64,000 bases of DNA. Source: Monocercomonoides exilis PA203. Lineage: Eukaryota; Protista; Preaxostyla. The notes beneath the pieces are model-generated. The model did no database searches, was not told where the DNA came from, and saw only the letters and a list, made by a program, of their open reading frames with translations. Made by a program: the position numbers and the translations under genes. This document shows positions 1 through 12,200 of this stretch, piece by piece (the stretch's first letter is position 1; each line of letters opens with the position of its first letter). The stretch is from NCBI GenBank assembly GCA_001643675.2, contig LSRY02000048.1:372001-436000 (forward strand), read 5' to 3'.

Positions 1-2752
1 GGCTGGCGAAGGACAACTTGTCGCCGGAGGAGGCAGGGAAGTTCTACGGGCAGCAGGCGAAGGACTTGGAGAAAGCAGGAAAACTGAAGGACGCGGAGAG
101 GTTGTATCTGAATGTGAACAATGTGAGTGGAGCAGCAGACATGTACAAGCGGAACAAGATGTATGACGAGGCAGTGCGGGTGATTGTGACAGCACGTCCA
201 GAGGAAGCGAAGAAAGCACATGCAGATGTGGCGCGGCTGCTGGAGAAAGAGCAGAAGTTCAAAGACGCCGAGAGGCATTATGTGGAAGGGAGGGCATACT
301 CAGAGGCAGTGCGGATGTACAAAGAGAGAGGGATGTGGGACGATGCACTGCGTGTGGCACGAACAGGAGGTGGGCAGAAGGCAGCGAATGAGATTGCACT
401 TGTGAGAGCGACGGCAGTGGGAGGAGAAGGCGGGGTGCAGATGCTAGTGCAGATGGGGATGGCTCCACTGGCAGTAGACTTTGCATGCGACAACGACCTC
501 TTCGACTTGGCGTTTGCGACTGCGAAGGAGCACTGCCCAGCCAAGCTGGACGAGGCGCGCATTCGCCAGGCAGAGAAGCTGCGGTCGCAGAGGCGCTATG
601 CCGATGCAGTGGCAGCGTTCCTGTCGGCGAAGGCGTACAAGCAGGCCGTGGCGATGCAGCTGGAACTGCACGACTTTGCATCAGCGAAGCACATTGCAGA
701 GACGAACGACCCATCGCTGCTGGATGATGTGCTGGTGGCTGAGGCGAAGCTGTGCGTGGAACAAGGAGAGCTGCATCAGGCTGAAGAGCTGTTTGCCCGC
801 GTGCGAAAGCCGCACTTGACGGTGCAGATGTACATCGACTTTGGCAGATGGGGCGATGCGCTGAGGATTGCAGAGGAAGTCGAAAAGGGCATCAAAACAG
901 GCTCGCTCTCGACCGCAGCGCTTCCAGGCGACGATGGCGAGAAGATACGAGCACTGCTCAGGAACACGGTGCAGAAGTATGGAGACTATCTGGATGGCTC
1001 AGGTGCGATGGAGCGGGCGAGTGTGAGGGAGCTGAGGGAGATCGCGAGGGTGTTTGAGGCGAGTGGAGATGCAGAGATGGCCATCAGGGCATGTCTGACA
1101 GCGTCGACTACGTCTCCTAGCGGAAGAGGCGCTGACGGGATGGGCGACGACCAAGGCGTGATGTTTGGAGGAGAAGGGGTGACGGCAGACGAGCTGGAGG
1201 AGATCTGGTTGAATGCAATCCGCGTGGCTAACAGAGCGAGCGGTGTGAATGCACAGGAAGTTGCATCGAAAGTGGCACAGAGGCTGCTGACGATTAAGAG
1301 ATTTGACGGAGCAGCGAATGTGCTGAAGGAGGTGGGACTCACATACAAGGCGATACAGGCGTGCATGGCTGGGCAGATTTGGGATAAAGCGATGCAACTG
1401 GCGAAGGGAACAGACTACGAAAAGATGGTCACGGATGAGTTTGTTGATCAGATGAAGAAGCAAAATAGGGTTTGTCAATTATAATTATGAATTATTTAAA
1501 ATGGTTTTTTTCCATTTTAATTTTACTGATCATAAATTTTGTTTATTATTTTTGACATATAAAATGCCTTATCGAATTATTTTCCTTTCATTTCCCTTTC
1601 AAACAAAATCCAACTTCCTCTTCTCTTCAGGCGCAAGATCTGATGAGCCACGGCCACATCTCAGCCGCCATTTCTGTGTGGATGGCACAAGGCAACTGGG
1701 AAGCTGTCTTCCAAGCCGCTCCACGCGAAGGACCCACTGCGCCTGCGAAGTATGCTGCGATGTATGCTGAGAGGCAGGCACAGGAAGGCAACGTGACAGA
1801 AGCACTGTCGATTTTGGTGCGACACGGTGCCACAGCCAACCCAGAACACGCGCAACTGTACCGCAAAGTGGCACAGCACGCACTGGGACAAGTGGGCATC
1901 GACATGATCGATGTTGGAATGCTCGACAATCTGAAGTCCTTCCTCCAGAACCTCATCACCGCCTCGCGCGCTGCCCCATCGTCTGCGTTCCCTCTGCAGC
2001 AGTTCATATCTCTTTTGTCAGCAACATACTTCACACTCCATTTGGATGTCTGCAAACAGAGAGGATACAAAGACTTGGCAGCTACTGTGGCAACGGGGAT
2101 GCTGCGCTATCTGGACTTCTTGCCAGCCGACAGGGCATTCTACGAGGCAGGTGTGTGCTGCAGAGACCAGGGCAATCTGAAATATGCGTATGTGTTCCTG
2201 AACCAGTATCTGGATATAGCAGATGCGATTGACATGAAGATGAAGAGACGCGATAGATGTGTGCTATTTATTTGTTTAATTATGAATAAAAATTTTATTT
2301 ATTGTGATTAATAAAAAATTATTATTGTCTTGCTTTTTGCAATACTTTCAATCACTCATTCAGATTCATCTGATCTTGGAGACATGTACGACTTGAACCT
2401 GCCCGCGAACATCAGAGTTCCCGACAGCCACTTCAGAGGATCGACTGAGCTGCTGAGGAAGCAGATCAAAAGCTGGGGCATCAAAATCGCGATGGAGAAG
2501 TCCGTTGAAAACATGACTGACCAACAGGAATGTGCATATTGCGGTGCTCTTCTCAGAACATCCACGTTTGAGTGTGCTCAGTGCAGCCGCACAAGAGAAG
2601 CCTGCATTGTGAGCGGAATGCTGATTACGAAGCCATCAGAAAGAGTGGAGTGTACGTCGTGCCGGATGCCTGCGAAGAAAGATGCATGGAACCAGTGGAT
2701 TCTGTCGAATAGAGACTGCCCGTATTGCCACACTCAGGGAAGACCTGTCTGA
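1..2752 (+). CDS. IFT172: Intraflagellar transport protein 172, 3' part (5' end outside window); exons <1-1469, 1631-2258, 2364-2752
   Basis: TPR/alpha-solenoid repeats typical of IFT172 (KLKDAERLY, AADMYKRNKMYDEAVR, FKDAERHYV, AVRMYKERGMWDDALRVA, LFDLAF), then MLRYLDFLPADRAFYEAGVCC, AYVFLNQYLDIADAID, EACIVSG and AKKDAWNQW. Splicing GTTTGT..CAG (phase 0) and GTGTGC..CAG (phase 1) joins the three ORFs in frame. Ends with TGA. The frame is open from the window start, so the TTG at 18 is not a real start. Confidence 0.93.
1470..1630 (+). other. Spliceosomal intron of IFT172 (161 nt, phase 0)
   Basis: GTTTGT donor, AT-rich body, pyrimidine tract, then TTCAG. Removal gives the in-frame junction ...KQNR|AQDLMSHG... 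Confidence 0.88.
2259..2363 (+). other. Spliceosomal intron of IFT172 (105 nt, phase 1)
   Basis: GTGTGC donor, AT-rich body with an in-frame TAA (2309-2311), TTCAG acceptor. The junction T|AT gives ...RRDR-Y-SSDLG... Confidence 0.8.
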
Positions 2753-3225
2753 GAACGAATGAAAATGTGTTGCAAATTGGTTCCGTATATATTAACTTTT
2801 TCAATTAACATCGTGTTTTTCATAATTTATTTTGAAATCATTTTTATCTTTATTTTCGCATTTCCAAAGGGCATCATTGTAAAAATAGAATGCTCTTAAG
2901 CTAAAATGTTTTTTCTTGTGAAAAACGTTGATTGAAAATGAAAAAAAAAGACACAACAAAAAGACTTAAAAAACATTGAAGATAAATTACACACAAAAAG
3001 AACAACATTCAATTTTGTAATTTGCTCTCTTTGTAGAAATAATTAATCATTCAGATGCAAATGAATAATGCATAAATATGAATATAAACAACAAAAGATG
3101 TCAGAAATTAAAAAAAAAAAGTTGATGCTTTTCTACAATAACTTCCAGTTATAATTAAAAACATCACTAAACTATTAAAAAACAAGAATAAAAATATCTA
3201 TTCACAAGTATCCAACAAATTATGA

Positions 3226-6200
3226 CTAGTAAGGTGCTTTGGAAAAATACATCTCCATTTCTGATGGATTATAATCAAAGTACATAAAGCAGCCCTGCCG
3301 CTCCCACTGATAGAAGGAGTCGTGGAGCACAACCACTCGGCACTCCGAGGTCTCCTTCGTGACAGAAGTGTAGATGAAGCTCTCGTGCAGCGTGGGCTGG
3401 CGGAGGCGAATGTGCTTCTGGAGAGGCTGTGGAGAAACTGACAGAGCGTCTGATTGCTCTGTCATTGAAGCCGTGTCTGAGTACAAAGTTGACATTGTCG
3501 CTCCTTTCGTTTGAGCGCTTTCATCAGCAGATATGGATGAAGATCGCGATGGCCGACAAGAAGATGTTTGAGAAGCTGTCTGATCCATAGATGCAGAAGG
3601 TGAGGTGCTTGATGCAACCGCATCTTGCACTGGGTGAGTCGTTAGAGTCTCCTGAGACATTAACTGTTCAAGTTGCTTTTTCTTGCTTGCTTCTTTCTGA
3701 GAATGATGAGCCCTATTAAATGCCTTTGTATCAGGTGCGATAAGCAGAGATGCACATGCATCCTTCAGTGCAAGTGATGAAGAGAAAAACATTCTGTCTC
3801 TGAATGTGTCATTGGACAAAAGCTGCTTTCCGATGTTTTGATGAGAAAGACGAAGAAGCGACCGCTTCTGCTGAGCAACAAAATGAGCATTCGACATAAC
3901 CCCTCTTCTCACCTTGCGCATTTTCGTGAGGCGCAGTTTTTCTCTTTCGAGTTGTTTTGCATACTTGCTCCACTTCGACCGTTTTCGGATCTCTTCGTTC
4001 CATCCCAGCTGCTCAAAATACAACGTGTGCAGCCAATCCACAGGCGCAAAGCGAGGCATCATCCTCGGCGCCTCAATGCTGCTCTTAACGAATCCGTATT
4101 CTTCATCCAGGTCACACACTTCTCTCCCGGTTGAATCAAACACTGGCCTTGTTTCTTCTGCACTTAGAGAGTCCATCACAACATGCGGCTTCATGGCAGA
4201 ATCTGGGGAAGCTGAGGGAGAAGAAGAAGCAGAAGCAGCACTCGCAGAAGAAGAAGACAGTGCCCATGCAGAAGCCCACGTAGATGCAGGAGCAGGTGCA
4301 GGAACAGGCCGTCTCCTTTTGGGGGGTACCTGAGGGCGGGTGTCGATGTGAGCAACGACAGACTGATTGCCCTGCGTCCACTGCTCAGTGTATGTCTGAC
4401 CGGGCGGATGATACGAGTGAGTGTATCCAGGATACACCAGCGACAATCGAATAACAGGAGTTGTGGTGGATGTGAGAGGAAAGCCCATCGCATTCTCAGT
4501 CACAAACTCTCCAGAAACATAGTCCCAGGCGAAGCCCCTGAGCGATATGCCAACAATCAGACAGCTGGCTTCCCCGTTGGCATCCTCAAACGAAAACAGG
4601 TGGGGCTTTTCGTAGCACTGGGAGTCCAGAGGCAATGAAGAGGAAGGCAAGGCATCCGGATCTTGAGCCATTGGCGAAAATGAAGACGAAGAGCCAGTCG
4701 CAGCAGCAGAATATGAAGAAGAATAAGTGGAATAAGTGGAAGAAGAAGAAGAATGAGCGTGATGATACGAATGGCTGGTAAGAAAAGTGCGTGGATCGAC
4801 AGGAAGGAAAGTGAGGGCGATGTATGCGTCCTCAAGAAATAGTGCACGGCACCCTTGCCGCAGCGCTTTTCTCAAAGACAGCAGATGGGCCTCGTGTCGG
4901 AAGGCCGAGAAGAAGCCGACCGGAGAAATGAGAAGCGACACAGGAAAAGCGATCGGGCGGAGATGATCAGCGTTTGTCATCCAGTTGATCAGGAACTGTT
5001 TGCGCAGATACAACCACGAAGACATTATGGGTATGTTCAGCGCAACATGGGCAGGGAACGGAGCGCAGCTGAGGTATCTGGGCGGGATGGCATCTCGGCT
5101 GGACTCCCTAGCAACGTCGAGGATGTAGTGATAGGAACCAGTGAAGGTAGTGAACCGCCGGAGGATAAACGTACAATACATGGTGATTGCCGAGGAGATG
5201 GCTGAAATAGCAGAGTTGAACGTTTCAGCCTCCTCGTTTATGACAGAGAAGAGAAGAGCTTCTTGATGTGACGCTCTGGAAGACCGATACGCAGTTAGAA
5301 TTTCTCTGCTGATGACTGAAGGAAGACTCATTCCGATGCGATATTCGCGGGTGATGAAGGCATCAACAATAGAAAGTGTGGAGAGCTGTGTTCTGCGCAT
5401 TACAAGTGTTTCATCGAAAGAGGGCGAGGAGGAAGAAGAAGAGGAGGAAGAGGAGGACGATGTTGAAGATGATACAGAAGAAGCACTCGAATAAGCAGGG
5501 GAAGAGGCGCAAGCAGAGTCTGCAAGAGGCGAAACTGACGAAGTTGATGAATAATTAGATGAAGCAAAGGAGTAACAGGAAGAAGAAGTCGGAGACGCTT
5601 TCTGCAGAGATGGGGAAGTGAATGGAGATACAAGTGAAGCGTTGGACAGCCGCTGTGTAGAGTTTGCAGCAGAGGGAGAGGCAGATGCAGGCGATTGGGG
5701 CCGAACGGGAGAACACGAATGATCAGACGAGTCGGCAGATGGAGAGCGCTTTGGCGAGCAGCTGCGTGCTGTGAAGATGGTACGGGCTCTGTGCTCAAAG
5801 TCGACATCAGTCTTGGCACTTATCTGAGTACGAGACTTGGCAATGGTTGGCGATATGATCTGTGGCGTTGAAGCCAGACTGGATGAGGCAGAAGAAGGAA
5901 GTGAATGAATGAGATTCAGATCGTATGCATTTGCCAAGTACTGGCACCGCAGCTGTGGATGCAGTTGCTGCTGCTCGATGGAGCTCTGCAAACAAGAATA
6001 GTTGCGTCTCTTTAAGTAGATAAAGCCGTGAGGAAGAAGATTGCGTGGCCCACAGAGCGGAGCGAGAGTGGAGAGCAGCCGTCTCGATGCCTCGAGGAAC
6101 GACTGCTTCATGACAGAGTATTTCAGATGCAGATTTGGCAGGCTGAAGCGAACAGGCGCTTTCTCCATGACAAACGAGGCAATCTTCACACGGTCGAAAC

Positions 6201-9200
6201 GGGAGCCTCTTAGTGACAGCGGAAGTTTGAGTGTCAGCTTCTGCTGGATACTGCTGGCGATGGTTCGGCTGAGGTTGCTGAAGTTGTTGATATTGTCTTT
6301 GTTTGTGGTGCTGTTCTCAATTGTGCCTGTGCGCGATAGATAGGAGAATGGGTCATAGCTAATGAATGTGTTTGCAGTTGATTGCAGCGACAAGTTGTGC
6401 AGAGGAGACAAGAAGTCGAAGTCTGGGTGGAATATCTCCAGCTTCAAGTACTCATTCAACAGTCTCGAAAGGAAAGTCAGCTCCTTCTTGTTTCCGAACA
6501 CCAGTGGAAAGATGCACGACAGGAATTCCGTCTTTATCAATGTTAAGCCGTTGATGAGGAGTAGTCGCAGAACTCTTGGATAAGGGTACTTCAGCCTACT
6601 TGACCACTTGTCCACCATCTTATCTGTGTTCAGGTGGATCGAGAACTGCGCATCCGACGGGAATGAAGTTGAGAACATGTCACGAGTGTTTGGCGGCTCT
6701 GTGTTTTGCATCGTGTTCTGCTCAAACTGAGGGAAAGAAGACGACAATCTTCTCTGCTTCTCTGCCTCGTCTTCGTACTCTGCGAAGAGCGCAAAGATCT
6801 CTTTGTTGGCCAGCATCCAGTTGTACATGAGGATGCGCAGTCTTTTGATCAGCATCACAAACGTGCCCTGTGAATACACACGCGGCGGGATGGTTGAACC
6901 AATCCTGCTATCTACCAGATTTGTCGCTTGGTCGTATTCGCCAATCGGAGCAGTGTTGTTCAGAAGAACAATTCGCGAGCGGTTCCTTGCCACAACAAAT
7001 GTCAGACACACGGCAAACAGCAAGGGGCTCCAGAACATGCAGAATGGATGCAGGAACTCGAACTCTGGTGGAATCCACGTGATGACACGGGCGAAGCAGT
7101 AGTTCGGCGAGTGATCAATATCTTCAGTGTGCAGGTTGAGCCACGAGATCATCTGTGATGAATATGCCTCGCTCTTTATCCCTTCGTTCGTGATGATGTA
7201 CAGATGCGTGCATGGCCACGGATAGCGCGGATGAATAGGATATTCAAGACGACCCAGTTGCAGTTGGCTTTTCGTCTGTTGGGAGACTGCAGGGAACACA
7301 GCATCAAGCAGATAGTGCGGAACAGATGGCTGGAAGATCCTCTTTGTCAGCTGGTCCCAGAAATCACTGGCGCGCTGGTGGTACATAAAGATCCTCCATC
7401 GAACAAGTGCATTTACACTCATCTTGTTCACAGGAAGTGCTCGCCGTCGCTTTTGCTGCGGTGCCATCAGCTGCTCCCGGCCTTCAAGTTGCGCAGCATT
7501 TCGAGATGGCCTTTGGTTATCCATTGCAATTCCAATCATGTTTGAATTTGCACCTCCTGAATCATTCTCATTGATCGTCTGGTTGCCTGAGATTCTGTTT
7601 GCAAAGAACGGTTTTGACACATTTGAAGCTATGTGTCTTCTGTTGGGTAACTCGAAGTTGTTCTCTTGTTCGTTGTTTCTGTGATGCTCGTCTATCGGAA
7701 CAGTGAACTGTGGATACACAATCGATGGAGGAAACGAGGAAAAGCGGTCAAACATGCGAGTTGTGAAGGCTGCTGACAAAAAGCCGTTGATCATCAGAGA
7801 GTGAGGGACAATGTGCCACACTGGCCTTCCCTTTCTGTCGCCATTCAAAATTTGTGTTGTAATTTTGTTTGCAATCTGGGAGTTTGCATCCATATTTGAC
7901 TTGTACTTGATTGAGGCCTTGTTGATCGCCTGCATTGTTATAGGGCCGTGCATGGCAGTTGTGTAGTCGATGCACAGCGGACTCAGCACAGGAACAAGCA
8001 GCTTCGGTACAGTGACTGACGCAGCAGGCAGCTGGCAAGAAATGATGTTTGGCACAAGCTGATACTCGTTCTTCTTCGTGAACTGCTTTCGGTTGAGAGA
8101 TGGCAGATAAACAGAGGCGTTGAACAAGCTTGGATGTGCAGATGTGATTGTTGGTGTGTAATAGCTGACGTTTTCTACTTGCTTCTGGATCATCTGCTCC
8201 ATACACGTCATCACAGGCATTGACATTCCCTGTGTTGAAAGCAGCCAGATATACACAGATTCTATCAGTTGATGAGGAAGCAAGTGTCTGACCAGCAAGA
8301 GCCGTGCAAGTGGTGTGATGATTGTGTCCAAATTATCAGGCAGTGGGACAAGCTCAACATGCTGTGTGGTTATCCACTTGATCCACTGTGATGTGTGATT
8401 GAGAAAAGATGTGGTGAATGGTGACTCTTCTGAAAGAAGCTCAGATTTTTTGTGAGCGAAGAACGGAATGGCATTGATGTAAATGAACGAAGACGACTCG
8501 TTTGAACGCTTTGCCACTGAGAAGCACTCGTCAAGAAACCGGAAGCATGCCATTGCCTGCAGCCACACACCAACTGGAGGATCACACACATTATTGTTGG
8601 AAGCAGAGGAAGATGAAGAGGGCAATGGAAGAGCAGCCATTCCAGGAGAATATTCACCGATTTTGCTGAGTAGATAAGCTTTGAGGAAATTGGTGCTTGA
8701 AGAAGCTGGATCAAATGCGGATGGGCCGGTTGCAGAATAGTCAGCCCTTTGACTGCCCATTCTGTCACCGTGAGTTGCCTGGGCACTCTGCTTGCTTTCA
8801 TCATACTGACCTGCCTCCAAAAAGAATGGAGACAGCTCCTTCATTGAAAAATCGTCCATTAGTTCAAATGTCTTTGGCTTTGTGCTGTTTTCGTCATTCA
8901 TTTCAGCTGCTTCTGCGAAGTGACGAGTGAATTCGCGAGTAACTACAGTGTTTGTCTTGAATCCCAGAATATCTTCAGGTATTTTCATTGGATAGATAAG
9001 CGACTTCAGCATGTGGCAGTTGTTGTCCTTGCTGTCCATCTGCCACAGCTTCGTTGCAAATGACTCCTCGTTGTACCAGAATCTCTCTGACGATGGCGGA
9101 AATACATTGAACATCCCACTGATCTTCTGAGTTGCTCTGATCGATGTGCACATTGCCAGCAGGAACATGAAAGAAAGACGTGAAAACTGGAAGGGACTGT

Positions 9201-12200
9201 TGCCCAGTGAATCTGTTTGGTTGAAGTCGATGAATTGCAAGATGCGGTTGGCAAAGACGTATCCAATTGTCTGGATAAGAGAGGTCACATTTGGATTAGC
9301 AAGAGTCTCTGCGTCAAATGCAGTCGATTGAGAAGATGATGATACAGATGAGAAATACGAGTAACTGTCTGCTTCCACTCTGTCAAATGCTCCATACCTC
9401 TGTGAGTTCACTGATGAATATGCCGAGCTTGCTGGCGAATGAATACGCGATGCAACATTTGAAGAAGCTGAACTGTCGCTGGGTGAATATGGAGTGTCTG
9501 GGCGTGAGGCAGTCGAGTAGGTGACTCCATATGGCTGCATAATCGGATCAGTTCGCTGCATCCGCGAGAAGTCTGAGCTCAGCGAATCGACAGTGGCATC
9601 CGACGAGATGAAGAAGAACGGTGACAGCAGCGCCATTTTCTGCTCTTTCTCAGAGACGGGCGCAATCGGCTTGATGCTTTCCTCGTCAATCGACCACAGA
9701 TGCATCCCTCTCCTCATTTGCGCTCCCTTCCGTGCTTTCAGACTCCTCCGCGCAAATGTCATTTCCAAGCTTTCCTCCTGCGACGATGTGCATTCGTCGT
9801 CTTCACTCACAGAGACATCCTGCACACGTCCCTTTGGTGACAAGCTATCTGATCGCATTCTTTCATTCGCATGTTTCGTTGAGAAGCTGGCAGACGAGTC
9901 ATCTTCGGTACGGACTGGCATTGCAGACAGCTCAGCTATTCCATACCGCTTCTTCGGCTGCCGACTGAGAATGGCTGATTCGTCAATTGTTGGAACATTT
10001 GAATGTGTTGAACTGACAGAATTGCTTCTGATTGAATCGTGCGTAATGCGGAAGCTGTTGCTTCTGGTGTTTCGAGGTCGGTGCTTGAGCTTCCTCCTCG
10101 GTTTTTCAACAGCGTTTCCAATGACTGTTCCTGATGTTGTTTTCAGCATTTGTTGTGAAAGATCACACTTCAATGTGTCGCGAATCACATTTGCAAGAGT
10201 TGAAAATAGCTGATATGCAGTGGGCAAATGATGCACACGGAACATGTTCATCATCAACTTCTTCAGTGAGAAGAAATGCTGATATTCGTACAAGTTGGAG
10301 TGTGCAAAGGTCAGAAGACTCGCATAGATATCTCTCACATAGCATGCAAGCGGGGCAAATCCAGAGATCGCGTTTTCGTACCGCTCGATTAGTCTGAGAA
10401 GATCAAAGCTTTTCTCTCTTGAAGCAGACACCTCCGCAATGAAATCTGAAGAAACAGCAAAGAAATGTGATGTTATTTGCGTGCTGAGCTGATAAATGTA
10501 TGTTCCCCAGTCATTCTCTTTGACGCACAATGTGAACATCATCTGATGGATCACCATTAGAGCATCCAGCCTCCTCCAAAAGGCTGATGGATGAAGCGAT
10601 GGTGCAATGACTGAATATAGAAGCTGAGTCTGGAACGAGCGAGGAATAAACATCGGAGACCAGTTGATGAGCGTACAGTTCTGGAAGAGCTTTGTGTTGG
10701 CCAGCGTGATGTTGCTTCCGTGTCCAGGGTACAGCGACATCTCGTCCTTCACAAAGAGATACAGACTGAAACCCGGCTTTGGCTCGAAAGTGTGTCCGAA
10801 GAACTGGAATGGCTGCACAGGTACTTTGTCAGAACAGATGGCAAGAGTATCCAGAAAAGCAAAGATGTTGCAGCATCGCTCAGGAGTGACCTCTTCGTTT
10901 ATGGAGATATACTCCACAAATAGCGGAAGACCGCTCAGCGCAGCGTCAATTGCATGCTGGAAGAACAGAGTGCTTAAGATATGTGTGCACACCACAGGTG
11001 TTGTGCGCCGCTTCTTCCGCATCATCCAATACTGGGCTGTTCCCAGCGGGTCGATGAACACACACACAGGCGACGAGCATGCTGCATGCACCATCGTCGC
11101 ACCTCCGCTTGCCCTGCTCAGCATTCCGAGTGCTGTGTGGGTGGCAGCAGCAGACAGTAGCGACTGCTCGTCGGGTGGAACACCTTCGCTCATCACCTGG
11201 AAGACGCTCGAAGGGCCGTGAAGGACCGTCCAGATCGGCCGCATCACAGGTGCTATCAAAGAGCTGAATGAGTTCAGAATGTCTTCGTTGTATACCAAAT
11301 CGTCTAACGTTCCAGTGTCAATGCAAGTGTTTGGATCAGGAATGAAATCACCGACCAGCTTCGATGAAAAGCTGCTTAATGCATAAGAATCAGGCTTGTC
11401 CTTATCTGAAGGTTCATCTGTGGATAAATCAGATGCCTCTATGTTCTTTCTTTTGCTCGAATTATTCGAATTGTTTGAATTTCTTGATTTCGTTTCTTTT
11501 TGTTTCTCCTGTGATGAAACCTTTGGCGAGCCAAATGGATCATCATAACTATCAGTCGATGAGGAATCTGAAGGAGAAACACAAGAACTCGCATTTTTGT
11601 GTTTTTGTGTTGGACTCTTTGGCTTCTCGTAAGGTGAATGTGCCGCCTTTGGATCAGTTTGTGACTGTTCATTGTTCTCTTCATCTTTGTCCGTGGAGTA
11701 TGGAATTTGTGCAATGTCAAGAAAAGTCTTCCATTTGCTCACAACAGAATGCATCAACTGAGGTGGAATAACACCATTGAACGTGAGAAAAGCTGCAGCC
11801 AAAATGCAATCTCCAACACATTTTTTCAGATTGTTGTCGATTCGCAGCTCTTCCAGTCTCCAACAGATGAGAAAATGCTCAAAGGCTCCAAAGCTGGTGT
11901 CTTTATCTGTCGAACTGTGGATCAAGTCGCCCAGAAGTGGATGGAATGACAAATTGCTTGCATTCGAATGAGTAGGCAAAGAAAAGCCTTCAAATCGGTT
12001 TGTGGTTGAAGGCAGCTCTTTTGCCTTAAGATCGCTCATTTCTTTCTCATCTTTTGCATTTTCGACTGCTTGTTGTTCCGAAGCATTTACATTTTGGATG
12101 CAAATGCTAGATACAGAATGCATCAGTTCTGCATTTCTTTTTGACGATGCTTTTGATGATAAAACATCAGATGAAGAAGGTGTGATTGAAGAAGAAGAAG

